64,000 bases of DNA from NCBI GenBank assembly GCA_964407105.1, contig CAYOUG010000004.1, forward strand, positions 6,936 through 70,935, in the 5' to 3' direction. The DNA comes from an uncultured Candidatus Saccharibacteria bacterium (lineage in GTDB: Bacteria; Patescibacteriota; Minisyncoccia; Phycocordibacterales; CALRHW01). Below are positions 35,827 to 46,444 of the stretch, piece by piece. The notes below the pieces were generated by a model. It had not been told where the DNA came from. It saw nothing but the letters and a program-made list of their open reading frames with translations, and ran no database searches. A program made the translations under genes and the position numbers. Position 1 is the first letter of the stretch, and each line of letters opens with the position of its first letter.

Positions 35827-37446
35827 TTATTTATCAAAATTACCACCAGATTGAAATCTTTTAAATGCAACGGTTGTGTCTCCGGCATTTGTCACCCTTG
35901 CTTTATCATGAAAATCAACATAAACCTGTTTTATATATGTTACTTCATCGATACTACCAGCTTCACGACCAAAACCAGAATCTTTTATACCACCAAAAGG
36001 TTTTCCTTCTTCTGCTCCGGTGGTTCCACGTCCAATATAAAACACACCAGTTTTTACACGTTCCATACATCGCATTGCAAGAGGAATATTATGCGTGAGA
36101 ATTGCATTACTCAAACCGTAACGAGATTTATGTACCATATCAAGAGCATTCATTAATGCCTTCTCATTTGTTTCACCATCAAATGACATCACTGAAATAA
36201 TAGGACCAAACACCTCATCAGACATGGTCGGACTATTAAATTTTGTCTCAGTAAGAATGGTTGGGGTACAATAATTACCATTTTTATTTTCTATTTTACC
36301 GCCACACAAAATTTTAGCGCCGGTTTTTACACTTTTATCTATTGCAGATTTTATATTTTTTAAAGAAGATTTATTTATGACCGGACCCATATCGGTTTTT
36401 TCTTCTGATGGATCTCCTACTGTATATTTTTGAGACTGATCCACCAATCGAGAAATAAAATTTTTATATATATTTTTGTGAACAAAAATAGCACGGAGAG
36501 CAACACATCTCTGTCCAGAATCACCAAATCCAGCAATTATTGATTCAGATACTGCTCTTTCGATATCAAAATCATCCATTAAAATAATTGATGCGTGTCC
36601 ACCAAGTTCAAGACTAACCGGTTTTATGCGGGCACCAGCTTTTTGTGCTATTAATGCTCCTGTAGCTCTAGACCCTGTAAACAAAATTTTGTCATAATCC
36701 CCCTTCTCAACAAGTATATTTCCAACGGTAGCACCGATACCGTGCACAACCTGAATAATATTTATAACTTCTTTTGCATGACCACCCAACACTTCTTCTA
36801 GAACTTTATGAAATAAGAAACAGAAAAAAGAAAGTGCAAGGGGTGTTTGTTCAGAATCCTTCAAAATAATTGCATTGCCACCAGCAAGCGCTGCAAACAT
36901 TTTGCGTGCTGGTAAAACCAAACTAGAATTCCATGGTGTTATTCCCAATATCACACCATAAGGTTCACGCGTTGAAATAGAACTCTTGTCTTTCATTTGA
37001 GAGCGAGAAAAAGAACCTTGTATACGAGAAATTTCTCCATGAAAATGCCACAAACTATTTAACATTCCTTGCACTTCTGCATCAGCAAATTTCCAAAGTC
37101 TACCACCCTCCTCCACTTGAATTTTTACAAAAGTGCCCCGATGTTCTTCAACAAGTTGAGCTGTTTTTTGAAAAATTTTTTCTTTTTCTTTTTGACTAAC
37201 CTGAAAATGCCAATATTCCTGAGCCTTACGTGCATCTTCACATAAAATTTTTATCTGTCTTTCTGAAAGATCTTTAATAAAATATATAGATTTTTGGTTT
37301 GCTGGATTGATTATTTCAAATTCACTAGCGCCACCACCGTTTTGCCAAGACCCAGCAAAAAAACTTTGAACATATTTTTTGTTATTTTCTTTTTTAATTG
37401 AAAAAATCTTCTTTTCTGCTTCTTTAATAAGTGTCATAAAATTCAT
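35827..37446 (-). CDS. Aldehyde dehydrogenase family protein
   Basis: ITPWN, FTGS, LELGG, GQRC, EVFGP and PFGGIKDSGFGRE motifs; ATG 37446 follows the SDR stop. Confidence 0.92.
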   Translation of the reverse strand: MNFMTLIKEAEKKIFSIKKENNKKYVQSFFAGSWQNGGGASEFEIINPANQKSIYFIKDLSERQIKILCEDARKAQEYWHFQVSQKEKEKIFQKTAQLVEEHRGTFVKIQVEEGGRLWKFADAEVQGMLNSLWHFHGEISRIQGSFSRSQMKDKSSISTREPYGVILGITPWNSSLVLPARKMFAALAGGNAIILKDSEQTPLALSFFCFLFHKVLEEVLGGHAKEVINIIQVVHGIGATVGNILVEKGDYDKILFTGSRATGALIAQKAGARIKPVSLELGGHASIILMDDFDIERAVSESIIAGFGDSGQRCVALRAIFVHKNIYKNFISRLVDQSQKYTVGDPSEEKTDMGPVINKSSLKNIKSAIDKSVKTGAKILCGGKIENKNGNYCTPTILTETKFNSPTMSDEVFGPIISVMSFDGETNEKALMNALDMVHKSRYGLSNAILTHNIPLAMRCMERVKTGVFYIGRGTTGAEEGKPFGGIKDSGFGREAGSIDEVTYIKQVYVDFHDKARVTNAGDTTVAFKRFQSGGNFDK

Positions 37447-37447
37447 A

Positions 37448-38254
37448 TTACCACGCAGTCCAACCGCCATCGACAACAATATTAGAACCCGTCATATATG
37501 ATGATGCGTCAGAAACAAGAAAAAGTAATGCACCGTTAAACTCATTTCTTTTTGCCATTCTACCCATTGGCACAAGTGAATTATAATTTTTCAAAAACTC
37601 TTCATCTTGATTATTGAATACTCCACCTGGAGTAAGTGTATTAACACGAACATTTTTTTTTGCCCAATAGGTTGCAAGATATCTAGTTAAATTCAAAACG
37701 CCTGATTTAGAAACACTGTACGCTACCGGTTTCACAAAAGGTACCGCTGTTTTTGCTTTTCGATATTCATAAATAGATTGATTTGGCGAAACCAATCCAT
37801 AAGTCGAGCAAATATTTACAATACTTCCACCACCTTTTTCTGACATTTTTCCACCTATAACCTGACAACATAAAAAAGTTCCTGTTAGCGTTACATTCAT
37901 AACAGTATTCCAGGTTTTAATAGAATAATTTTCAAAAGATTGATTTTCTTTTGGATTTGCACCGGGAGGAGAATCTACTGCGGCATTATTTACAAGAATG
38001 TTAGGTGTACCCCAATTAATTTCAATTTCTTTTAGAGCTTTTTCTATTTGTTTTTTATTAGTAATATCTAGTGTAAACAATTTTATTGGATATTTTTTTG
38101 AAAGTTTTTTCAATTCTTCATTTAAGATTTTTGTAACATCAAAAATAGCAACTTTTGTTCCAGACAACACCAGAGTTTTTACATACTCAGTGCCAAGCTG
38201 GCCATTTCCACCAGTTACCACGGCGATCTTTCCTTTTATATTAAATTCTTCCAT
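37448..38254 (-). CDS. SDR oxidoreductase (PtmA-like type seen in nonulosonate loci)
   Basis: TGGNGQLG, VNNAA, YSVSK and VVDGGWTAW motifs. Confidence 0.9.
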   Translation of the reverse strand: MEEFNIKGKIAVVTGGNGQLGTEYVKTLVLSGTKVAIFDVTKILNEELKKLSKKYPIKLFTLDITNKKQIEKALKEIEINWGTPNILVNNAAVDSPPGANPKENQSFENYSIKTWNTVMNVTLTGTFLCCQVIGGKMSEKGGGSIVNICSTYGLVSPNQSIYEYRKAKTAVPFVKPVAYSVSKSGVLNLTRYLATYWAKKNVRVNTLTPGGVFNNQDEEFLKNYNSLVPMGRMAKRNEFNGALLFLVSDASSYMTGSNIVVDGGWTAW

Positions 38255-38277
38255 TTTTAATTAATTTTTAATAAAAA

Positions 38278-39390
38278 TTAAATCGAAATATGTTCTTTTG
38301 TAATAACAGAATCTTCTGAAATATCTACTTTTGCTTTTTTCCCAACAATTAAAGACAGTTGGTATGGTTTAAGGCCGTGACCAGGACTTTTAAATACAAT
38401 CATGTTTGCGGTAATTTTTGTTCCGGCAACAATATGATGTTTTGCCACAAGACTTTTGCTATGTTTTTCGCGTGCTGGCTTTTCTTCTTCAAGAATTTCT
38501 TTTATATGAACATGACCAATAGCTTTTTCAATACGTCGGGTGTGTTCTATCATTGTCTTAAATTCTTCAACATCCAAACTTACTGTAGCATGATCTGGTC
38601 CAGGAAGAGTTTTATCTATAGTAATATGACGTTCAATACATCTTGCTCCAAGTGTAGCTGCTGCAACAGAAGGCTCAAAACCTTTTTCGTGACCAGAATA
38701 TCCAACGGGTAATGGTGCATATCGCTCCGCTAGCATCTGCATAGTGGACAAACTAATCTTGTCGTCTGGAGTTGGATATATAGACACACAGTGAAGAATA
38801 GAAAGTTTGTTTGTATATTTTAAAACCGTCGCAATAGCATTATCAAGTTCCTCTAGAGTTGCCATGCCAGTAGAAAGAATTATTGGTTTCTCTTTTTTTG
38901 CAACATACTCAATAAGTGGAATGTTTGTAACATCAAAGGATGCAATCTTATAAACATCAACGCCAACTTTATCAAGAAAATCTGCACTTTTTTTATCAAA
39001 AGGTGTTGCAAAAAAAGTTATCTTTTCTTTTTCTGCAACTTTTTTTAAATTTACAAAATCATCAAAACTAAGCTCGAGGTGTTGGCGATATTCTCCGTAT
39101 GTTTTACCCAGCTCCAAATCTTTCACTTGTGGCTTGTTTCTAAGTTCTTTTGCAAAAACCTCTTCAATGTGTCGCTTTTGAAATTTAACGGCATTTGCAC
39201 CAATACGAGCAGATTCTTCAATAAGTTTTTTGGCGAGAAAAAAATCTCCATTATGGTTGTTGCCTATTTCTGCAATAAAATATGTGGGGCAATTCTCTCC
39301 AATATATGTTGACTTTATTTTTATTCTATTCGGCAATGCTTCTATATATTTTATGAGATTAGAGAACGCGGTGCTGAATATGTTGGTCAT
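38278..39390 (-). CDS. N-acetylneuraminate synthase family (NeuB/SpsE) with SAF domain
   Basis: IAEIGNNHNG, VKFQKR, KIAS, HCVSIYPT, GYSGHE, ERHIT and C-terminal SAF domain. Confidence 0.93.
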   Translation of the reverse strand: MTNIFSTAFSNLIKYIEALPNRIKIKSTYIGENCPTYFIAEIGNNHNGDFFLAKKLIEESARIGANAVKFQKRHIEEVFAKELRNKPQVKDLELGKTYGEYRQHLELSFDDFVNLKKVAEKEKITFFATPFDKKSADFLDKVGVDVYKIASFDVTNIPLIEYVAKKEKPIILSTGMATLEELDNAIATVLKYTNKLSILHCVSIYPTPDDKISLSTMQMLAERYAPLPVGYSGHEKGFEPSVAAATLGARCIERHITIDKTLPGPDHATVSLDVEEFKTMIEHTRRIEKAIGHVHIKEILEEEKPAREKHSKSLVAKHHIVAGTKITANMIVFKSPGHGLKPYQLSLIVGKKAKVDISEDSVITKEHISI

Positions 39391-39465
39391 AAAATGCTGA
39401 GAATTATTGAAATAATAAACAGCCACAGTATATGCAAAAACGACTTTTTACGCAACACAAAACGA

Positions 39466-40242
39466 TTAAGGCAAATGCTTGGTTGCTTCCACGTTTACAC
39501 CGGTTGCAAGCCACCAAAAAGATGTGGTTATAAGCCATTCAAATGTTTTAGATAGAAAAACTGAAACATAAGGAAACCAACCATCAAAAGGTCTCGGTAG
39601 TAAACGAATATTATATGCAACAATACGAACATTGATAAAACCGTTTTTCTCTAAAAGTTTTTTATATCTACTTGGTATATATTCTCTATGAAAAATATTT
39701 TTTGTTTTCTTTCCATTCAACAAACGCACAAATTTTGCTATTGGGGTAAGTACGTGACGATCCCACAAACGCACCGGACTAAATCTATTTGGTAAAGAAA
39801 CAATGAGTTTACCACCATTTTTTAAAACTCGAGACATTTCACGAATAGCAATTTCATCATCATCAACATATTCAACAAGTCCCATAGCAACCACAACATC
39901 AAAAGATTCATTTTCACTTGCAATATGTTCTACTGTACCTACCTGAAAATGTACCCACGGTAATTCTTCTGTTCTTTTTTTTGCCTCTTCTATCATTGCC
40001 AAAGAAATGTCTATTCCAACATATTTCCAACCCAAATCGGTTATTTCTTTTGTCATCACTGCTGGACCACAACCAATATCAAGCACAGCACCATTGCCAC
40101 CTCCAAGAGATTTTAAAAGTTGCTCCTTACGAATACGAAATGAATAACCCTCTGGGGTTTCTTTTTTGTAATGTTCAGCATATTCGAAAGGATTCTTGCT
40201 AAAATATTCTGTTACGGTTGATTGGTTTTTAGATATATTCAT
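39466..40242 (-). CDS. Class I SAM-dependent methyltransferase
   Basis: VLDIGCGP, GIDIS, FDVV. Confidence 0.9.
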   Translation of the reverse strand: MNISKNQSTVTEYFSKNPFEYAEHYKKETPEGYSFRIRKEQLLKSLGGGNGAVLDIGCGPAVMTKEITDLGWKYVGIDISLAMIEEAKKRTEELPWVHFQVGTVEHIASENESFDVVVAMGLVEYVDDDEIAIREMSRVLKNGGKLIVSLPNRFSPVRLWDRHVLTPIAKFVRLLNGKKTKNIFHREYIPSRYKKLLEKNGFINVRIVAYNIRLLPRPFDGWFPYVSVFLSKTFEWLITTSFWWLATGVNVEATKHLP

Positions 40243-41276
40243 ATAAAGTGTTCAAACATTGATTTTATACTAGGAACCACATTTGAAACAAGGGCTACAA
40301 AACGAGCATGACCATATTTTGTGTAATCAAGACTTATTCTGGGTAATGCATATTTTAAAGAATTAGAAGATACTCGACCAGAAAGAGTCGCCCAAACAAG
40401 GGGTATTTTTTGTTCATTAAATACCCGAACCGTGTCTTCATTCCAATCGTCTTCTTGTCCATTTGGATGAGCAAAGTGAACACACTGTCCTATTTGGTTT
40501 TTTATAACAGAAAAACTATTAGAAATTTCTTGTGTTTGTTCAAAATAAGACTGTTGAGAAAGTATTGGATGTGTCACGGTGTGGGCGCCAATGGTTACGT
40601 TATGGTTTTGCATTTCTTTCATATCATCCCAAGTAAGTGGAGAAAAGTCGGTATTTTGTGACGATTCAAAATCTAATAATATTTTTGTCTGCAAAAACAA
40701 AGTAGAAAGTATCTCTTCGCGTATAGATACAGAATATTTTTTTAAGCGTTGACGAATATCGTTGTCAGCAACTTTTTTTTCTTCAATAGAATGAAGGGGG
40801 TAAATTATTTTTTGTTTAGGAAAAACAACAGTAATAGATGGTTTTGTGGTTTTACTTATCATATACTCAAGTCTATCTGGCCACAAAAAAGATTTTTTAT
40901 CAACAAAATCTGTTGTCACAAAGATTGTCGCTGGCACATCATATTTCTTTAAAACAGGAAAAGCTGTTGTGTAATTATTTTTATAACCATCATCAAAAGT
41001 AATGGCACAAATGTTTTTTTTAGTGTAATCATTTTCCTGCACCATTTTTTCAACCACAGACAAAGGAACAATTTCAAAATGTTTTTTAAGCCACTTTATT
41101 TCCCGCTCAAATTCTGAGACAAAAACATGTTTACCACGATAATTTAAAATACCATCTTGAATATCTTTATTGGTGACGCCGTGATATAAAACAACAAGAG
41201 GTTTGTATCTAAAAAACCAACACCCAAGTCGTGCAATTAATGATATTGCAAAAAAATTCATCAAAATACGTTTCAT
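40239..41276 (-). CDS. Polysaccharide deacetylase (CE4/NodB)
   Basis: LYHGV, ITFDDGY, GAHTVTHPIL, FAHPNG. Confidence 0.9.
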   Translation of the reverse strand: MKRILMNFFAISLIARLGCWFFRYKPLVVLYHGVTNKDIQDGILNYRGKHVFVSEFEREIKWLKKHFEIVPLSVVEKMVQENDYTKKNICAITFDDGYKNNYTTAFPVLKKYDVPATIFVTTDFVDKKSFLWPDRLEYMISKTTKPSITVVFPKQKIIYPLHSIEEKKVADNDIRQRLKKYSVSIREEILSTLFLQTKILLDFESSQNTDFSPLTWDDMKEMQNHNVTIGAHTVTHPILSQQSYFEQTQEISNSFSVIKNQIGQCVHFAHPNGQEDDWNEDTVRVFNEQKIPLVWATLSGRVSSNSLKYALPRISLDYTKYGHARFVALVSNVVPSIKSMFEHFI

Positions 41277-41288
41277 GTTTTAATACAA

Positions 41289-42143
41289 TTATTTTACTCT
41301 TTCAAAAACACAATTAAATAAAGTTGTGCTTTTTCCTTTTCCAAGCGGGTGTTTATCAACCAAAACAAAACCTGCTTCTAACATTATTTTTTGAATAATA
41401 TCGCTGTGTGCCTTTTGTGTTGTATCAATTTCAACAATGACCGAACGAAGTTGTGGCTTTTTAAGTGTATTACGAGCGCCTTCAAGTACCCCCAATTCCA
41501 CACCATCAACATCAATCTTTATTAAATTTGGTATTGGAATATTAAAAGTATTTATAAAATTATCCAAACTATAAGCTAATACTGGCTGAATATTTGTGTT
41601 TGAAATATCAAAATGATCAAAAAGCATGTGTTGTGCAGAACCAGCACCCATATCTGAATAATTAAATCCAGATATTTGTGTAACACCTGACAGTGCCACA
41701 CATAGGGGCACAATTTTTTGAGATAAATTATTGAGAATAATATTTTGACTTAATGAAACAAAAGTAAAAAAATTAGGCTCAAATGCGTAAACAATGCACT
41801 GTGTGTCTGCTTTGGCACTAGCAATAAAAGAATAAGCTCCAATATTTGCACCGATATCATAAAAAACATCTCCGGATTTTAAGTTTTCTTCAATCCACTG
41901 AACAGTTTTTGGTTCTTTTGTGCACGGTGTTAATCTGGCAATTTCTGTAAAAGAATTCAAAACAATCGGAATTTCTTTTTTAGAATAATCAAGAACACCT
42001 TTTGTTCCACCATATTCTTTTTTTGCAATTCTGATGACATCAAAAACACCGACACGCCCAACATCACGAAAACTATATGTTTTTATGTATCTAAAAGTGT
42101 TCCATAAAAAACTAGGAATAATGTGTTTAAAAAAAATTTTCAT
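41289..42143 (-). CDS. FkbM family methyltransferase
   Basis: FYDIGANIG, YAFEP, IKIDVDGVE. Confidence 0.92.
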   Translation of the reverse strand: MKIFFKHIIPSFLWNTFRYIKTYSFRDVGRVGVFDVIRIAKKEYGGTKGVLDYSKKEIPIVLNSFTEIARLTPCTKEPKTVQWIEENLKSGDVFYDIGANIGAYSFIASAKADTQCIVYAFEPNFFTFVSLSQNIILNNLSQKIVPLCVALSGVTQISGFNYSDMGAGSAQHMLFDHFDISNTNIQPVLAYSLDNFINTFNIPIPNLIKIDVDGVELGVLEGARNTLKKPQLRSVIVEIDTTQKAHSDIIQKIMLEAGFVLVDKHPLGKGKSTTLFNCVFERVK

Positions 42144-42145
42144 AA

Positions 42146-42880
42146 TTATTTTGCACCCTCATTTCTTTTGTTAATCAAAATTTCTGCAAGCAAAAAATCT
42201 TCTAATGAGTCAATGTCTATAGACTCATTTTTTGGAACAATATGATATAAAACACGCTTCCCCGCCATTTCTTTTTTTTCTATAAGAGTGTTCCAACGAA
42301 GTGCTATTACATCTACGTGCTGATAGGCCTCAGGAAAAGATTGTCTTGGCATATTGTGCGCATCTTTCAAACCAGTAAATTTTTCTGATAAAAATGGAAC
42401 GATTGTATTATTTTCAATTTTCCACAATTTATAGGGGTGTTTTGAAGCTTTTATGATTGTTCTAGAAGAATCAGCACTTTCATCATTCATTAATAGTTCA
42501 ACACATGCGTCTATGTGTTCTGTTGTGCATAGTGGTGATGTGGGAGGCAAACGAAGTATGATATCTGCTTTAAAATTTTCATTTTCTTTCATCCGCATTG
42601 CGGCATGAAAAAGAAAATCAAAATCTGGAACAGAATCAAGAGCAAGCTCTGGTGGTCGAATAAAAGGTGCTTCTGCTCCATACTGTTTAGCAATATTTGC
42701 ATACTCTTCAGAATCAGTAGAAACAATAAGTTTATTAATATATTTAGATTTTAGACCAGCTTCAATAATCCAAGCCATGAGTGGTTTACCAGCAAAAAGT
42801 TTTATATTTTTATTCGGAATACCTTTTGAGCCAGATCTCGCTCCAACAACACCAAGTACATTATATTTCTTATTAGCCAT
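42146..42880 (-). CDS. Acylneuraminate cytidylyltransferase (NeuA family)
   Basis: ARSGSKGIPNKN, VSTDS, PPTSP, SIDIDS. Confidence 0.93.
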   Translation of the reverse strand: MANKKYNVLGVVGARSGSKGIPNKNIKLFAGKPLMAWIIEAGLKSKYINKLIVSTDSEEYANIAKQYGAEAPFIRPPELALDSVPDFDFLFHAAMRMKENENFKADIILRLPPTSPLCTTEHIDACVELLMNDESADSSRTIIKASKHPYKLWKIENNTIVPFLSEKFTGLKDAHNMPRQSFPEAYQHVDVIALRWNTLIEKKEMAGKRVLYHIVPKNESIDIDSLEDFLLAEILINKRNEGAK

Positions 42881-42889
42881 AAATTATTT

Positions 42890-44275
42890 CTAATCTTTAA
42901 GTGCGGACATCACAGCCAACGCAACGCGTTGTGCAGATTTTCCATCAAGTTTATATAGAAGTTTTTGTTGAAGCTCTTTTCGACCCAAAGTATCTTGAGA
43001 AGAATTTTTCAAATACAAATTAATATAAGAAACGAGTTCTTCTGGACTTTTTGCAATACGCACGCCTCCAGTTTTTATCACATTTGTATAATGATCTCTA
43101 TCATAATTTCTAATCATTGATCTCCAATAATCAAGTTTTTGAAAACCATCAAATCCCACCAAAACCACAGGCTTATCTAGTGCCGCAGCATCAAGGGTCA
43201 TTGTTGACTCTGTGTTTACGGTCACATCGCTATGTTTTATTGAATTTGCAAGATGAATAAGATCTTTATTTGTAAATGTCCACTGAAGAGCAACAGATGC
43301 AGAGGTGTCAATTGATCTCTCAGTATTAACACCGAAATATTTACCCGGACGATCCATAATAAAATGGTTCAGATTTTTTAAACCCTCACCCGTTGCTGGA
43401 TATTTGGGATGAAAACGCGCAAGCACCTGAACGGGTTCGTCAAATTTTCCTTGCTCAATAGCATTATTAAGACCAATCATCACCTCATGAGTATAAGGAT
43501 TTTTCCAATCACCCGGCACAGCAAATAAAATCAATTTTTTATTTATATCTGCACCAATTTCTTTGAAAAATTCTTCTCTAGAAACATAAATAGATTGATC
43601 TATATAAGCATCAAATTGGGGAAAGCCACAAATTATTATTTTGTTTGCATTATAATCTCCTATATCTATAGCCTCTTCTTTGTTGTATTCATTAAAAACA
43701 ATAAGTTTGTCGGCTTTTACTCGAGTAAAAGCTTTTGTTGTAAGCACATCCCAACTTTTTACAGTAGTGATAGTTTTTACACCGTGTTTTTTTGCGTATC
43801 GTACAAGTCTAAAATCTTCCGCTGAAAACATACTTGGCGAAAACAGTACGTCTGGATTATATTTTTTAAAAATATCGCCAGCATAATTGTCTGGTAAAAA
43901 ATAGTATGTTGCACGTATAAACTCACGCCACATACGAAATTTTCCCAAAAAACCACAAATTCGCTCTATTGCATAACGAATTTTCTTTTTATGCACCAAA
44001 TACATATCATGTCGACGTAAAAACACAGAGTATGTTGGAATGCTATTCCATCCCAAATGATGGAATATGCGCTCAGCTTTTGTAAGTGCGTATGGCAACA
44101 ACTCTATATAGACATTTTTATCTCCAAAATTTTCCTTATAATATTCAATTCTATCTTTTGAGCGCACGAGTAAAACAAGGGTGTGACCAGCATTTTTTAA
44201 TATAGGAAAAACGTTAGTGCGTAAAATATTTTTTTCCGTATCGCCATCGTAAAGAGATATGAAAATTGTGCTCAT
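42890..44275 (-). CDS. CDP-glycerol glycerophosphotransferase-like GT-B protein (possible ulosonyl transferase)
   Basis: SWD, GFPQFD, RFHP, STMTLDAA..DKP and DGKSAQR motifs; adjacent to NeuA. Confidence 0.65.
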   Translation of the reverse strand: MSTIFISLYDGDTEKNILRTNVFPILKNAGHTLVLLVRSKDRIEYYKENFGDKNVYIELLPYALTKAERIFHHLGWNSIPTYSVFLRRHDMYLVHKKKIRYAIERICGFLGKFRMWREFIRATYYFLPDNYAGDIFKKYNPDVLFSPSMFSAEDFRLVRYAKKHGVKTITTVKSWDVLTTKAFTRVKADKLIVFNEYNKEEAIDIGDYNANKIIICGFPQFDAYIDQSIYVSREEFFKEIGADINKKLILFAVPGDWKNPYTHEVMIGLNNAIEQGKFDEPVQVLARFHPKYPATGEGLKNLNHFIMDRPGKYFGVNTERSIDTSASVALQWTFTNKDLIHLANSIKHSDVTVNTESTMTLDAAALDKPVVLVGFDGFQKLDYWRSMIRNYDRDHYTNVIKTGGVRIAKSPEELVSYINLYLKNSSQDTLGRKELQQKLLYKLDGKSAQRVALAVMSALKD

Positions 44276-44315
44276 AATCGTTGTAGAAACATTAAACTAG
44301 TATATTATACATAGT

Positions 44316-45740
44316 GTGATTTCAGAAACAAATGCGTGGCTACGACGACATAAAATAGGTGTTGCTATCTTTTTTTTCGCACTGGCCATACGTCTATTTT
44401 TCATTTTATCAGCACCGCCAGAAAAAATTACTACTTTTGCTTTGGGTGCAGATGGTTCAGACTACGCAAACGAAGCTCTAAATATCGTAAATGGACACGG
44501 TTTTAGTAGAAATATTCAGACTCCGTTTTTGCCAGACATGATCCGTACACCCATTTACCCCCTCGTTCTGGCCTTAGTTTATGTGTTATTTAATAGTTTT
44601 TATCCAATACTTTTTTTACAAGCATTATTATCTTCGTGTATTCCGCTTATAGGAATGTCACTTATGAGACTTTTTAGTGATAAAAAAAGTAGTGTACTTG
44701 TGGCTGGTTTAGCTCTTGCAATAGAACCCCACATGGTTTTTTACACGATATTTTTTACATCAGAAACAATATTTGTTCCTTTGTTTTGTATTTTTATTTA
44801 TACGTTTGTTAAATGGATGATAAATCAAAAAATCTCTTATCTAGCTATCGCAAGTATAACGCTTGGCGTCGCAACCCTCACTCGTCCAATTTCTATACTT
44901 ATACCAATACTTTGTATTGGATGTGCTCTCATTTTGTATCAAACACACAAAAACAAAAATATCCTTGTTCACATTGGTATATTTATTTTAATATTTATTG
45001 CCACACTTTCTCCATGGATGATACGAAACAAAATCCAATTTAATACTTTTTCAATTTCAACGGTTGGTTGGTTTAATGTTTATACTCGTTTTACTACAGA
45101 CATAATGGCTACCCACAATAAAACAGATTTTTACACCTCATATCAACGCAATTTAGATATTCTATCCATAAAAGGATACGTAAAACATCCCCCACCCGTA
45201 AGTGAGCTAGAAATACAAAAAGCAGAATTTATGCCGATTTTGAAAAAAGAATCTATTGAAATTATTCAAAGATATCCAAAAGATTTTTTAATTGTATCTA
45301 CCCTTGCTGCACTTTCTGTTTTAACTCAAGACAACACCCTAAACATTCTTGAAACAAATTGGGAAATAAAAAGCAAACGACCCTCACTCTCACCAACACT
45401 TTATTTTGCGCAAAATGGTTTTAAAAAAACATTTTCCTATCTATTACCTTACATACATGGGACATATATAATTCCTTATATAGGAAGAGCCTTGTGGACA
45501 CTCGTATTTATAATGACTATTTACGGATTTTTTGTAATACAACAACATAATAAAGAAAAAAAAATACTCGCAACGTTCTTGTGTTCGATCATTATATACT
45601 TTATTATTTTTACTATTAACGCCAGCCCGCAAATAGATGGTCGTTATAGAACACAGTTTTTTATTTGTGAGCTTGTACTATGTTTGGTGGCTTTTGAACA
45701 TTTAATACAATATACAAAAAAACAAAAGAAAATTTCATGA
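44316..45740 (+). CDS. GT-C (ArnT/PMT-like) membrane glycosyltransferase
   Basis: DGSDY..G.GFS..RTPIYP, SETIF, LTRP, PWMIRN, RYR; many TMs. Confidence 0.8.
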   Translation: MISETNAWLRRHKIGVAIFFFALAIRLFFILSAPPEKITTFALGADGSDYANEALNIVNGHGFSRNIQTPFLPDMIRTPIYPLVLALVYVLFNSFYPILFLQALLSSCIPLIGMSLMRLFSDKKSSVLVAGLALAIEPHMVFYTIFFTSETIFVPLFCIFIYTFVKWMINQKISYLAIASITLGVATLTRPISILIPILCIGCALILYQTHKNKNILVHIGIFILIFIATLSPWMIRNKIQFNTFSISTVGWFNVYTRFTTDIMATHNKTDFYTSYQRNLDILSIKGYVKHPPPVSELEIQKAEFMPILKKESIEIIQRYPKDFLIVSTLAALSVLTQDNTLNILETNWEIKSKRPSLSPTLYFAQNGFKKTFSYLLPYIHGTYIIPYIGRALWTLVFIMTIYGFFVIQQHNKEKKILATFLCSIIIYFIIFTINASPQIDGRYRTQFFICELVLCLVAFEHLIQYTKKQKKIS

Positions 45741-46444
45741 GTTATCGTACTATTATCGTCATACCGACATACAACGAAAGAGAAAATATTGCTGTTCTGA
45801 TACCGCAAATTTTTGAATATTTACCGAATACAAGAATTTTTGTTGTAGACGATAATTCACCAGACAACACTGCAGAAATGGTATTTTCATTACAAAAACA
45901 ATATCCACTTGTTTCACTCACAAGTCGATCTGAAAAAAATGGCCTTGGTTCAGCATATATTCATTCGTTTAATTTACTTAAAAAGGAAACTGATATTGAC
46001 TGGGTTATTACAATGGATGCCGACGGCTCACATCATCCAAAATATATCGCTGATTTTATTAAAAAATTTGATGAGGCAGATTTGGTTATTGGTTCGAGAT
46101 ATACAAAAGGTGGGGGCATTAAAGATTGGGAGTGGCATAGATATTTACTTAGTTTTTTTGGTAATTTATACGTCAGAACTCTACTAAGATTACCCATTAA
46201 AGATATTACTGCTGGTTATAATTGTTATAAAAAATCAACCCTTGATGAACTAAATTTTGATTTAATCAGAGCAAATGGTTATGCCTTTCAAATCGATATG
46301 AAAACGCATTATTCAAAACAGGGTAAAAATATAGTAGAGGTACCAATTATTTTTACAGGAAGAGTTGGTGGAGAAAGTAAAATTAGTGGTTCTATTATTT
46401 TAGAGGGTCTAAAATACCCCTTTCGATGGTTATGGAAAAAATAA
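45737..46444 (+). CDS. Polyprenol-phosphate glycosyltransferase (Dpm1/Ppm1-like GT2)
   Basis: IPTYNERENI, VDDNSPD, MDADGSH, GSRY, GYAFQ. Confidence 0.92.
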   Translation: MSYRTIIVIPTYNERENIAVLIPQIFEYLPNTRIFVVDDNSPDNTAEMVFSLQKQYPLVSLTSRSEKNGLGSAYIHSFNLLKKETDIDWVITMDADGSHHPKYIADFIKKFDEADLVIGSRYTKGGGIKDWEWHRYLLSFFGNLYVRTLLRLPIKDITAGYNCYKKSTLDELNFDLIRANGYAFQIDMKTHYSKQGKNIVEVPIIFTGRVGGESKISGSIILEGLKYPFRWLWKK

